DNA from: Gnetum montanum
Taxonomy: Eukaryota; Plantae; Gnetophyta
Length of the DNA stretch: 64,000 nucleotides
Assembly (NCBI GenBank): GCA_015680685.1
Contig: MNCI01002237.1
Span: forward strand, 72,648 to 136,647
Direction: 5' to 3'
The translations under genes were made by a program, and so were the position numbers. Below are positions 1-11,815 of this stretch, one piece after another. Position 1 is the stretch's first letter, and the number at the start of each line of letters is the position of its first letter. Below the pieces are notes generated by a model. That model did not search any database. It was not told the DNA's origin and saw nothing but the letters and a program-made list of their open reading frames with translations.

Positions 1-279
1 CATAGTCTTTAATACTTTTCTTTCATATTCTACTTACAAAACATAAATAATTTCATGGTTTTGTCATCTAAATCTTATTTCAAAGCCTTCAAATTAAAGT
101 GGTTGTTTATATTCTTACATAAATATGATCATAAGAAATCTTCTTTTAGGATCTAGATCTAATTGTTGTACACTACTTCTAGAATCTTGTCACTTTTGTT
201 GAATCCTACCTTAACTACATAGTTCTTTCACAATTCTATCCTACCATGCTTACACTATCCTACTCTACTCTTGCCACAT

Positions 280-700
280 TCTAGTACCTAGTCTTAAGCA
301 TCTTCTAAAAGCAAATTAGCAATGGTATTGACGTCTTCATAAATGACTTCTCCATCTATAGATCAAACTTTAAGTAACAAATAGATTATCTAGAGTAAGT
401 ACAAAAGAGGTGCATGAAGAAAAAATTTGAAACTCAACTACTAGAAAAGTCACCTCGAGGTTTGGAAAGGCATTGTTCTAAAGTACAACATTTTTAAAAG
501 AGGCATTAAAGTTTATCCAAAAAAGATTACAGTAATCCAAGAAATCACTCAAAGACCTCCAATAATAAAGGATGTGAGGTTATTCCTTGGACACACCAAC
601 TATTATCAATACTTCATTAAGAATTTAATAAACATTACAAAACTATTTATGTTGCTTCAAATAAATATGCATCCTTTATTTGGTTAAATGATTATGAGAA
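280..700 (+). pseudogene. Athila-like pol fragment (RT C-terminus/connection) of old host element Z
   Basis: Degenerate translation ...IDVFINDFSIY...GIKVYPKKITVIQEI...DVRLFLGHTNYYQYFIKN, collinear with C pol at ~18560-18970. Confidence 0.75.
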
Positions 701-719
701 CAAATATGCATCCTTTATT

Positions 720-2954
720 TTCTTAATTTAATGCATATGATTAAATTTTTAATGTTTTTATATGTGTTTCAATGAATTAGCTCTAATATTCTTGGATTAC
801 ATTACTATCATCACTAGTATTACTGTTGTTGTTGTTAGTTTCTTACATAAGTAAATGCAATTTTCTTGTTAGGTTATTTTGTTAAAATTTTCTACCCTTT
901 TTTTCACTACTATTTAAGCTTAGTCATAGCTTTTCTAAATAATTTATGATTAAATGTTGAAATTTAATTACCTCAGGAATTTTCTCTTTTTATGAGTTAT
1001 CATGCCTTTATGAGTATTTGACGATGCATATTTTATTCTTTATGCATATTTAGTGATGTATATTCAATTTTTATTATGCACATTTANNNNNNNNNNNNNN
1101 NNNNNNNNNNNNNNNNNNNNNNNNNNNNNNNNNNNNNNNNNNNNNNNNNNNNNNNNNNNNNNNNNNNNNNNNNNNNNNNNNNNNNNNNNNNNNNNNNNNN
1201 NNNNNNNNNNNNNNNNNNNNNNNNNNNNNNNNNNNNNNNNNNNNNNNNNNNNNNNNNNNNNNNNNNNNNNNNNNNNNNNNNNNNNNNNNNNNNNNNNNNN
1301 NNNNNNNNNNNNNNNNNNNNNNNNNNNNNNNNNNNNNNNNNNNNNNNNNNNNNNNNNNNNNNNNNNNNNNNNNNNNNNNNNNNNNNNNNNNNNNNNNNNN
1401 NNNNNNNNNNNNNNNNNNNNNNNNNNNNNNNNNNNNNNNNNNNNNNNNNNNNNNNNNNNNNNNNNNNNNNNNNNNNNNNNNNNNNNNNNNNNNNNNNNNN
1501 NNNNNNNNNNNNNNNNNNNNNNNNNNNNNNNNNNNNNNNNNNNNNNNNNNNNNNNNNNNNNNNNNNNNNNNNNNNNNNNNNNNNNNNNNNNNNNNNNNNN
1601 NNNNNNNNNNNNNNNNNNNNNNNNNNNNNNNNNNNNNNNNNNNNNNNNNNNNNNNNNNNNNNNNNNNNNNNNNNNNNNNNNNTTGGATGGATTTCCTACC
1701 TTGGATTTTGATTTGTAAGTTCTTGTGAGGCTATGGATTTAGTTAAGACCATGGCATTGAGTAGTCGAGTCTAGTGGTGTGCGATGAGGCATAGTCAAGA
1801 ACTATCCTTTTAATGATATGTGTATCTCAGCCATTAAGGATGTTATTAGTGGGCTATTGCAAAGACCTAGCCATCAATGACTTGTTTGGGATCACAAGGC
1901 TAATTTCATTATAGTAGGTTATTCCAAGACCTATCGGTGAAACTGTTTCGTAATGAGGATAACTAAGACCTAGCCTTTGGAGATGTCTAGATAAAATATA
2001 TGTTCTTTGGATTTTTGTTGAACAATTTATGATATCTTTGGACACTAAATAATTAAATAAATAAAATATGCATTCTTTGGATTTTATAATTTTATTTGGA
2101 TGTTTGGAAAATTTGTGACATTTGTGGACAAGAAAACATTTTGAATATTTTATTGGAAACCTATGTCTAGATTGTAACCTAATACTTTGGTCCATAGACT
2201 TTATGCTTCATGAAGATGGAAAAAATAACATTTCTTACTTGAGGAGTTTTGACTCCTCTTGCACTTCAATGTAGAAAGCCCAGAGTAGGCAAGAAAATTT
2301 CAAAAGAGGAACATAGGATGAAGATGGACCAATTCTGTACAAGATGGACCCTCTCAACTTGAAAAATTATTTTTGTATAATTTGTATTTTTGTAAAATAT
2401 AAACCTTGTACATTTCTTGAATATTTAGCCATGTACTTATTTTTGTGAATAAAGAGTAAAGTATGATACATATGAATTTTCCACCTATGCAATTAGGATC
2501 GTGAGATTATAAGGAATATTTTTCATTCTGACACATGATATATGTTTCAGGAAAATTTAATATTATTTATTATATATTAATATTTTATTATTTAATTTAA
2601 TAAATTTAAAATGCAAATAACTTTATGTTTAGATGTCCAATTGATGTAAAACAAGTATCGTTGGAACACTATTATATGATGTAACTAGTGGAATTTTTAG
2701 ACATCTACCATTTTTGGCTATGCAAAAAATCTCTTTTTCATTTAATAAAGTTTATTTAACTATATATGCAAGTATTATGAAATTTGAGTACATTGTATTA
2801 TTCTACTACACTTATGTTCCTAATTAATGATTTTTATCTATTTTACCACTTCCTATGAATTAGTAAATCAACATTAAATCTAGATTTTTTGAGGTTTTGT
2901 AACTCTATTAGTTATTTATAGGATATTTTATAGTTAATTAATAGAGGTATTACA
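720..2954 (+). repeat. 5' LTR of element A (first ~40 bp missing; contains N gap 1087-1682)
   Basis: Aligns to ~44660-47836; ends GGTATTACA directly before the PBS. Confidence 0.85.
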
Positions 2955-2958
2955 TGAT

Positions 2959-2970
2959 TGGAATCAAAGC
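2959..2970 (+). promoter_or_regulatory. Primer-binding site, initiator tRNA-Met (degenerate)
   Basis: TGGAATCAAAGC versus canonical TGGTATCAGAGC, 4 nt after the LTR end. Confidence 0.8.
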
Positions 2971-3149
2971 ATGGATTTTTTCTTAGATAGTGTAGAATTC
3001 TTTAAACATTCTTTGATTTCAATTCAAAATGTAGGGGTCAGGATGAGTTAATGACATCTTACCAGAAAATTTTCAAAATTCTTAGGAAACTCCAAATCAA
3101 GTATTTAAGTAATTGTTACTGTTTTGTCAAAATTAAAATCAAAATAATC

Positions 3150-5651
3150 ATAATGAGTACTCTAGGAATGAAGGAAGTGATCAAAAGTAGAGGAGATTCA
3201 TCCATAGTTTTAGAAGCCTAAATCCATGTACCTTTTGAGGCACTAAAAATCCCACTATAGCTATAGAATGGTTGAAGGGATTAGAAAAAGCATTCTATAG
3301 CTTACATTGTTCTACCATATAAAAGACCTCTTTAGGCTTATATTAGTTAGATGGCATGGCTAAGTGATGCTAGGAGGTAGAGCAAAGAGTTAGACAATGA
3401 AAAGTTGAAGAAATAGAATGTGAGAAATTCATTGAAGTATTTAAAGATAAGTATCTCTCTAAAGCCTCTTAGAGATGAAAGGAGATGAGTTTAATAGACT
3501 AATTCAAGGATCTATGTCTATCTATGAGTATGATAATAGGTTTACTAAACTATGTGAGTATGTTCCCCTATGTATTACAAAATGAAGTCGTCCATACTAG
3601 GAAATTTGTAAAGGGATTAAGACCCTTCATCAAAACTATAGTTGTAGCATTGGCTTTGGATAATTATAAAGAAGGATTAACTAGACCCATTACTGTCAAA
3701 AGGGAACAGATGGAGGATTCCACTAGAAGAGAAAGAAAAAGTAATAAAGTATTTATGACTAGAACTAATAAAGGAAAATTCAAGCAGTCCAAGGGAATAA
3801 ATGGTCTAATTTAGCAATAGCCTTAAGGATTTAACAGACTAGTGCAATAGCAACCTAGGGGATTTAATGGACTAGTTCAACCATTTAATTTTAGGATACC
3901 ACTAGGATCTAATATTTTCTTTTATCATAATAAAGTTGGCCATATTAAAAAGGATTGTCCAAAGTTGCTTTAAAAAGATAATATTATGCAAAAAAAAAGC
4001 ATTGAACCTATGATTCTGAATCCTAGAATTGTCCAATAAAATAGAGGAGAAATTGTTAATAATCCTAGGATGGCTTAGAAGAATAAAAATATTAGCAATA
4101 ATTAAGAAACAAGTCAAAGATCTATGAATCAAGGTTGGATATATGCTATACTAGATAGAGATATAAAGGAGTAACTTAACATTGTGGTTGAGACTAAAGG
4201 TATGCTTTATGCACTATCTATCCTTATTCCTTTTGATCTAGGAGCAGGTCATTCTTTTATTAATAGTCAAATAGTGGAAAGACTAAATTTAACATTTGAA
4301 AAACTAAAAATTCAATCATTTTTTCAAGCTATGGGATGCAGTGGATACATAGTAGAATATGTGTGTAGGAAGCTTCTATTAAGAATACAAGATAAGGAAT
4401 GGTATACATATTTATTTATTATAGAATTAGGAGAATATGATAGTATCTTAGGAATTAATTAGTCAATCAGATATAATGGGTTTGTTTATTGCAAAACTAA
4501 GATTGTACAACTAGACTTAGGGGATGAGCAACAAGTCTTGGTTGTAGCTAAAGGAAGATCCATTAAGGTTTCTTTAGTTTCCTCTAAGAATTTCATGAGA
4601 ATGGTTAGGAAAGGACATAATTGTTTCATGGTTGTTGTTAAATCTTAAAAAAATGAGGATGATATAGTTGATATTTCAGTGATCAATGAATTTCTAGATG
4701 TATTTACAAAGTAACTATCAAGGTTTCCTTCAAAAAGAGAAATAGAGGTAGAAATCACTCTCAAACTAGGAACAGAATGAATTTCTAAGGCATCATATCA
4801 CAGATCCCTAGTTGAGTTAGTAGAGCTCAAGATACAAATACAAAAACTTTTAGACAAAGATCTTATTTAACCCAGGGTTTTCCCTTGGGGTGCAACATAT
4901 TATGTTTGAAAAGAAAAGATGAAAATTTAAGGCTATACATTGATTATAGATGGTTGAGCCAAGTTACTATTAGAAATAAATATCCTCCACCTAGAATAGA
5001 TGATTTATTTGATTAGTTGAGGGATGTAGCTATATTTTCCAAACTACACTTAAAGTACGGATATCATTAACTAAGAATTAAAGAAGAAGATGTCTTGAAG
5101 ATTGCATTTAGAGCAAGATATGGACATTATAAATTTATTATATTATCATTTGGGTTAATGAATGTTCCTTTAGTATTTATGCATTTACTGAATAATGTAT
5201 TCAAGTCTTACTTGGATAAATTTAAGATAGTGTTTATTGATGATATTTTGGTATATTCTAAAATTGAGGGGAAATATGAAGAATAGTTTAGGAAAGTATT
5301 ACAACTTCTAAGGGAAAATCAATTATAAGCCTAACCCTTTAAGTGTTTGTTTTGGCAAAAAGAAGTAAAATTTCCTGGTCAAATAGTATTAAAAACAAGC
5401 ATAGCAATTTATCCAAAGAAAACTCAAGTAATTTAGGCTTGGAAAGGCATAATATTGTAACAGAAGTAAGGAGTTTCTTAGATTCAGGTAGTTAGTATTG
5501 AAGGGGCATTAAAGATTTTGCTGGAATTACATCTCCATTTCAATGGATAGAAAAATATGAGCTCACATTTTAAGAATTAAATAAATATCTCACATCAACT
5601 CCTATTTTAGTAACATCAATTTCAAGCAAACAATTAGATGTGTATACTGAT
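3150..5651 (+). pseudogene. Element A gag-protease-RT-RNase H (5' part), many stops and frameshifts
   Basis: FEGTKNPTIAIEWL gag motif; degenerate zinc knuckle GHIKKDCP ~3940; protease LIPFDLGAGHSFI; RT IAFRARYGHYKF...VFIDDILVYS; RNase H cut at VYTD. Confidence 0.9.
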
Positions 5652-6584
5652 TGATGAGACGTGATATCGCGTCATCCCCTGCGATATCGCATATGCGATA
5701 TCGTAGTCCGCCGCCAAATCTATAAATAAGAGGCGGCACTCCCCTTATTTCCCATCCTAGGCTTAAAGTGGGAAAACTCTAGAAATTTGATCACTCCAGA
5801 GATAGAATATTTTCCATGTGCCCGCAGTAGGAGTCCCCAAGTGATCGGATCTTTATTCAGCAACTTTGTACCTGAACGCAAGTTATGTACAGCAATAAAG
5901 ACGAGCTTTGTGGATAAACCTTGCAGTGCATGGAATAGGATTTATTATTTGTTATTTCTTACCTGTTATTTATTACCTGCATTAGTGCGGCATGAGTACA
6001 ACTTGATTACGAGCATTGACGAATGTGTACGGCTAATCAAGGAATCGGCTGCTCATCGCGATTAGTCTCTCTCACCCTCAACTCCTAGAACGCGGGATGA
6101 GTACGACTTGATTACAAGCATCTACAGGTGTGTACGGCTAGTCCAAGAATTGGTTGCTCATCATGTTTAGGCTAGTTAAGTGCCTCAGTATGACCACTTC
6201 GAGCACGTGCGTTACGTGTGGTGATCCCAGTAACGATTAGTGTTTGGTAGCCACAGTTGCATAGTTCAGCGTGTGTACGGTAAGTGGGAATGGATGCTGA
6301 CGCTAGTTAATTTAGACTTAGGTGCTTAGTTAGAGTTAGTTAGTTCTCTCAACCCTTCACTCTTTAGCATAGGAGAAAAACTAGAAAAGACTATAAAAAT
6401 CATATATCTCGGACTTACTTAACCATACACCATGACAACAACAAGTAAGTCTGGGAAGACAACGAATGATTAACCCCAAGTGTTCCATGGGGCATTTAGG
6501 CATTTAGTCTACAGAGTTCAACTAGATCGCATGTGCTACGCTCATTTCATATGGTTGAGTGTAGGGGTACCTCACCACTCATCA
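5652..6584 (+). repeat. 5' LTR of B
   Basis: Direct repeat of 11816-12783; TATA CTATAAATA ~5720; 34-bp deletion between GATATCGC copies relative to the 3' LTR. Confidence 0.95.
5841..6300 (+). ncRNA. Array of four structured cis-RNA modules (RGUACGAC-P2-CGAGC-P3-GUGUACGGC-P2'-GGAA) in the R/U5 region of the B LTR
   Basis: Units at ~5841-5930, 5992-6056, 6096-6162, 6185-6300; helix sequences differ between units but stay complementary, while loop sequences are nearly constant. Confidence 0.7.
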
Positions 6585-6585
6585 T

Positions 6586-6603
6586 TGGCACCATTGCCAA
6601 GGA
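6586..6603 (+). promoter_or_regulatory. PBS complementary to tRNA-Asp (Athila-type)
   Basis: TGGCACCATTGCCAAGGA is a G>A decayed form of TGGCGCCGTTGCCGGGGA. Confidence 0.8.
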
Positions 6604-6724
6604 CTAAGTGTTTGTGCGCCGAATAGAACATAAGGGATATCACTCACATTGTTTTGAGCCTTAACGAACCTTCGGGTTAATCAAAAGAAAATTTATATAA
6701 TAGTAAATTAGCATACTGATAAAA

Positions 6725-9700
6725 ATGCCTTCTTCTCATAAGAGCAACTCACCACCTAAGGATCATACACGAGACAGTCGACAACATAAAACACATAACC
6801 AAAATCAACCAAGTCCTAAAAAATATAAAATGACATATACTCATCCCGATGAGTATATCCCCAACTTTACTTTTATTCTCCATCAAGATGAATAGCTACG
6901 ATGGAGAGATTTTTAAGGTAACATCGTGTTACCCCCAGATCGAGCAATCTCTCACATGCTTTTCTGTGCCTTGGCACAGATTGACATGCAAGAGCATTTC
7001 ATGAAATACATTGTGAAAGATTTTGATATGAGGGATTATTATCCCACAGATGCCCAACGTATGCGAGACTTAAGGCAGGAGAGTCAACATGCACTTCTGA
7101 AGGCCAAAACCCCCCACATCCTTAGCGAAATAGGAGATGAAGAACCCCTTATCACAGGTTCTTTAACCAATGACGTTCCCCCTCCTAACGATGGTGAGGA
7201 GGAAGGATATCAGAATCTACAATCAACAATACATATCCCTGGTTCTGATGCCCGTGAACACTAGTTTTTCACAAAGGGAACAACCACTTATGCCAAGGAC
7301 AGGCACTTAGATCGTCACCATGATCAGGGTCGTAGCAGCCGAAGAGAAGGCAAGAAACATCGCCATGGCGATGGTTCCCCATCTTCTTCTCCTTCATCCC
7401 ATCATTCACCCTCTCCTTCCACATCTGGGTGTAGCCACCATGAACATAAAGGTGAGGATAAAAGTAAGAAAGATGAAAGACCTCGACGGAAAAGTTGAGA
7501 GAGAGGACAAGGGCAAGGATGTAGGGAGAGTAGGGAACGACGCAAACATCACAGGTGTCATGAAAGAGATGATCATGATGAACCCCTACTCACAACCTGA
7601 AGTATGCTTAACATAACAGAGGTAGTCAGGATTCCCACAAGGCATTTAAAGGATAGTCGGATCAAATGATTAGACATGAACAATATTCCACGATTTGAAA
7701 GGGGATACAATGCTGATCCACAAAATCATTTTCAGGCATTCCACAATGCCTGTGCCTATAGAATATAGACAGTGAGTGGCAAAAACTTAAGTTATTCCCA
7801 AGGACACTCATCAAAGAAATAGAGAGCTGGTACCAGTCCTTAGAATCAAAAACCATTAGGAGGTTGAGTACGATGCTAGAACTATTCAACAAAAAGTATC
7901 AAACGTACTCCAGAGTGTCCAATTTGCGTAAGCAAATCCAAGGCTGAAAGAAAGGTCATCACAAACCCTTGGATGCTACCATGGCCTGCTATTACACATT
8001 GTTACATCATTGCCCGGGCCATGGGTACGCTTAGCGAGATCAACTTCGCCACATCGTGGATGGGCTGAGGCATGAAACTAGAGGAACCCTTGGGACTTAT
8101 GCCCAAGGGCGATTATCAAAACTTAGAGCCCATGAAGTACAAATTTTGTTGGAGCAAGTAGCAAATGAAGAAGATGAGCTACGCAAAAGGGAAAGTGTGG
8201 AAGAGTACAACCATGATCCCTCCCTTCGAAAGAAGGAAGTGAAATTTTGTGATGAAGAGGATGAGTTACCACTCGAAGAGTTGGTGAACCGGAAAACCTT
8301 GACAATCCAAAAATTAACAACAGAAATAGTGGCTAAGGTAGATGACATATGGACTTCCTTAGACTCTAAAATTGAAACCGTCTTAAAAATTGTAGAAGAG
8401 TCTAAGGTAGAACAAAGTAGTGATAAAGGTACGCAAAAGTGGAGAGAATTAGGCCCTGCACATAACAAGGGTAAGGGAAAAATAACTAACTCTAATGTGG
8501 CTGTGGATTCTGACACAGAAAATGATAGTGGATGTGGGGTCTGCTACTATGAACATCCTAAAGGATGTTGCCCAGTTATCTCACATCTACAGGAGTCTGG
8601 GGTGTATGCACTTAATCTAAGACTCAACCAATGGCAAACACCCCGAAGGTTACCTTATCCACAAGGTAACCCAAGGCAGTTCCACCAACCACTAACATCT
8701 TATCCAATTGGAACTCCCCCATAGCCCATCAGACAGCATCAATAATGGCAATACCCACAGTCATGGGGGATGCCATCACTGAAATATTAGTACCCTTACC
8801 AGAAGCCTGACCCCTATGGATATTATGTGCAGCAGCCAATTTCTCCAAGTGACTCTATGAGTCACTCAACTCCCAACCATCACTACCAAGTTTGGGAGTA
8901 CTTCAGAAGGACTCCTTCTCCTTCGGGAGATACTCCATACCCACACCATCCTCCTAATCCATCCGCACTCTTCCACCACAAGTAGTTCCCGTAACACCTC
9001 CTACTCCAACAATGCAAGGGGAACTTCCTCCTCAACCACAACAATGTCACGCTGCGAGAGTTGTAAATATCCAACCTACTGCTGGATCTGAGAACTATAA
9101 AAAGAGAAGACCTTACTTCAGAACCAAAATCCTAGACAAACTCTTGCAACAATAAGCGGTTGAGTCCTTGTACACTCCTCCACCATCCAACACTTCGGAG
9201 CACCCTGTAGTCCAATAGAACTTAACGCATACGGTTATGTTAACGCATACCGTAACTAACTGGATCAAGGTAGGTCACCTTCCTAGGAAACTAACTGACC
9301 CTGGAAGTCCCTTAATCTATTTACGGATCGTCAAAAATGAACCACATAGGACTCTTCTTGACTCAGGTTCCAGAGTCAACTTAATTTCATGAGAGATGTA
9401 TCACACCTGGAACCTGCCCCAACTTAAGAAGAGCAACATTCAACTAAAGCTGGTAGACCATTCCATCATCATTCCCTTGGGATTAGTGGAGGACATCATG
9501 ACCACTGTGTGTGGTTGGTCTTACCTAGCTGATTTTCTGGTGATTGAAGTGAACAACAATGAAGGGGACTTCCCAATTATAATGGGAAGGGCATGGCTAA
9601 GTACAGTAGATACATGCCTTAGGATCCGCGATCTTTCCTTGGAAATCTCTAAGATAAACATTTGTGGAAAGATCGAGAAGAGTAAAGTTCCATGCATCAC

Positions 9701-9990
9701 ATACAGTGATTCATCGGGTGATGACATGGAGGAAATGTCTCCATGTAATAGGTGTGCCCTTGAAACTTTGCAACAAAGATGCTTGTATGTAGCAACCACA
9801 CAACCAGTAGTAGACACCTCATGGTTGATAGCTACTAGAAGGAGCAAAAAAATATGCTTGGAATGAACTGAGGAAACCCATGCCAACAACGAAGGCATAG
9901 ATACATTGGAATATGAATGTCGCCAACTTCCACCCCTTAGTCTAAGATCATCATTTGGGAGAAGTTGGGAACTTCTTAGAAATTCAAATA
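6725..9990 (+). pseudogene. B gag (long N-terminal extension) and aspartic protease
   Basis: KLKLFPRTL..ESWYQSL..LLHHCPGHG retrotrans-gag core; KLTDPGSP..LLDSGSRVNLI..PIIMGRAWL protease; few stops, mostly TAG/TGA from CAG/CGA. Confidence 0.9.
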
Positions 9991-11815
9991 GACGCTCATT
10001 ATTTTGGACCTCTCCCTTACAACTCAATCATGGGGGAGATGGCCACCTATACTAATCATATGGGGCCCTCAGTTTTTTTATGTTTTTGTTTTATGTATTT
10101 TTGTTTTACATGTTTTTGTTTTACAACATTTTTGTCTTCCACATTTTTGTTTTACAAATTTCTTTATCTTTTCTAGTTTTTGTTTTACAAATTTCTTTAT
10201 CTTTTATAATTTTTTTTTTTACAAATTTCTTTAACTTTTCTAGTTTTTATTTTACAACATCGTTATACTTTTCCACTTTTTGTATGTGTGTGTGTGTGTG
10301 ATCCACCCTGTAAGTTTTTCCCATAATAAGTGTTTGGTATGATGGTATGAACTGTTTTCAGAAGCATCCAAGCACTCAAGAGAAGCCAATAAAAACAGTT
10401 TTCTTACCGTTCCCAATTATCAGAAGCTGAGCCAATAGAAATAAGAAGTCTTTGCATGGTGTGGTTCTCACCCATACAAACACAAAACAATAAAAAAATA
10501 AAAAAAATAAAAAAACTAAGTGAGAATTCAAATCACACCCCTTAGACGAAATAAAATTTGGGCTACAAGCACTGGTTATGGAACCAAAAGTGTTCCCTCT
10601 AACTAAGGCCCTTTTCGCTTCCTATTCTCTCCTTTGTTTCGTTGGAATGGTGGTGGCTCTTTGGAGATGCATTCTTGTTATCCAAGTGGATGGTTTAGGT
10701 GAATGCTTTGATGCGAAGTCACTGAAAGTGGATGGTTTGAGGCCGAACTTGGAATGGGATGTGCTAAGTCACATTAATCATGCAACACACAAGGGGCTAT
10801 ACACCACCTTGTCCTTGGGATTCCATTCCATTCTCTTCTCTCCATCCTTCTCTCCATTATTCACTTCATTTCCGGTTGTATCATTAGTGTATATATTTTG
10901 GTTGATGCATTGTTTTCTTTTTGGTAAATTCTTGCGGTTAAGACTTTAACTCTTGTTCCAAATGACATTCTTGGAGCCTACGGACTCTTTAAATGTCGGA
11001 TTGCCAGGGCATTAAGGGCATGAGCCTACTTTGGGGAGGACCCACTATCATTCCTATTTGGTGCATCAATTAACTTCTTTTCCCTAAAATTTTTGTAATT
11101 AATTTCATTTTGTTCATTTCCATCTGGACATCCGTTTTATTGATGCCATAGTTGTCTCTTTTTGTCTATCTTTCTTATTCCTTTTCTTTCTCCATTCTAA
11201 CACTACCAGAGGTTCATAATTAGTCATGGAGGTATAGGGCCTAATTTTTTCAATTTTCTCCTAGCCCTGAAATTTTTTATTTTCTTCCTAACCCCTACAC
11301 CTTCGGTAGCCATTAGTAACATTTTCCCAGATCCATATCAGCCATACCACAACCCAGCCAATGAACCTACACCGAAGCAAGGTATTAATTACATGATGAT
11401 TCATTTACCCTTGCTAACATAAGACTATGTTGTGTGTGTAGATGGCGATTATATAATCAATGGATTAGATTTGGAGCTGGAGCAAACACTTGGAATGGAG
11501 CAATACTGGAACCAGCTATGCAAGGAGCAAGATGGATAGCGCGCTTACCGAAGGACAACGAAAAGCGCAATCTTGGTGTTGGTAACAGCAACACTTCTTT
11601 CTATCTCTCTCTTTCTCTCAAGCTACCAACAAAGGCCTGATGTCACTGTAATAAGGTGTTCACCCTTATTGTCATGAACACCAGTTTTGTCAAGTCTTCT
11701 AATAATGATCTGTTCACATGTCATCCCATTAGTTCCATTTCCCTTAATAATTCCATACCTTCTCGATATTATTGTAAGGAACTTGAGGATGATTTTTCAT
11801 TCATTCATGGGGGTA

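Noticed and set aside
1053-1718. Long ORFs made of X residues (also near 38805, 49018-49817, 51556-52036, 57658-58578)
   Set aside because: Artefacts of N gaps; the 582-N gap in the CRK looks too short for the missing kinase exons, so gap sizes are unreliable
5647-5700. Hammerhead ribozyme/retrozyme suggested by TGATGAG
   Set aside because: It is the LTR terminal inverted repeat; no stem II-GAAA-stem III arrangement was found
5787-6065. ORFs inside B-family LTRs (5787, 12043, 43071)
   Set aside because: Start, frame and strand are not conserved among B, B' and C; the conservation is explained by RNA structure
5992-6162. LTR repeat units as a CRISPR-like repeat-spacer array
   Set aside because: Eukaryotic LTR context, no cas genes; the variable parts are self-complementary helices, not spacers
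8097-10027. Antisense ORFs over B gag/protease
   Set aside because: Shadow frames of the sense coding sequence; not conserved in C or E
9955-10301. Hydrophobic F-rich ORFs as env/membrane proteins (also 20907-21089)
   Set aside because: T-rich low-complexity 3' non-coding DNA, open in all three frames
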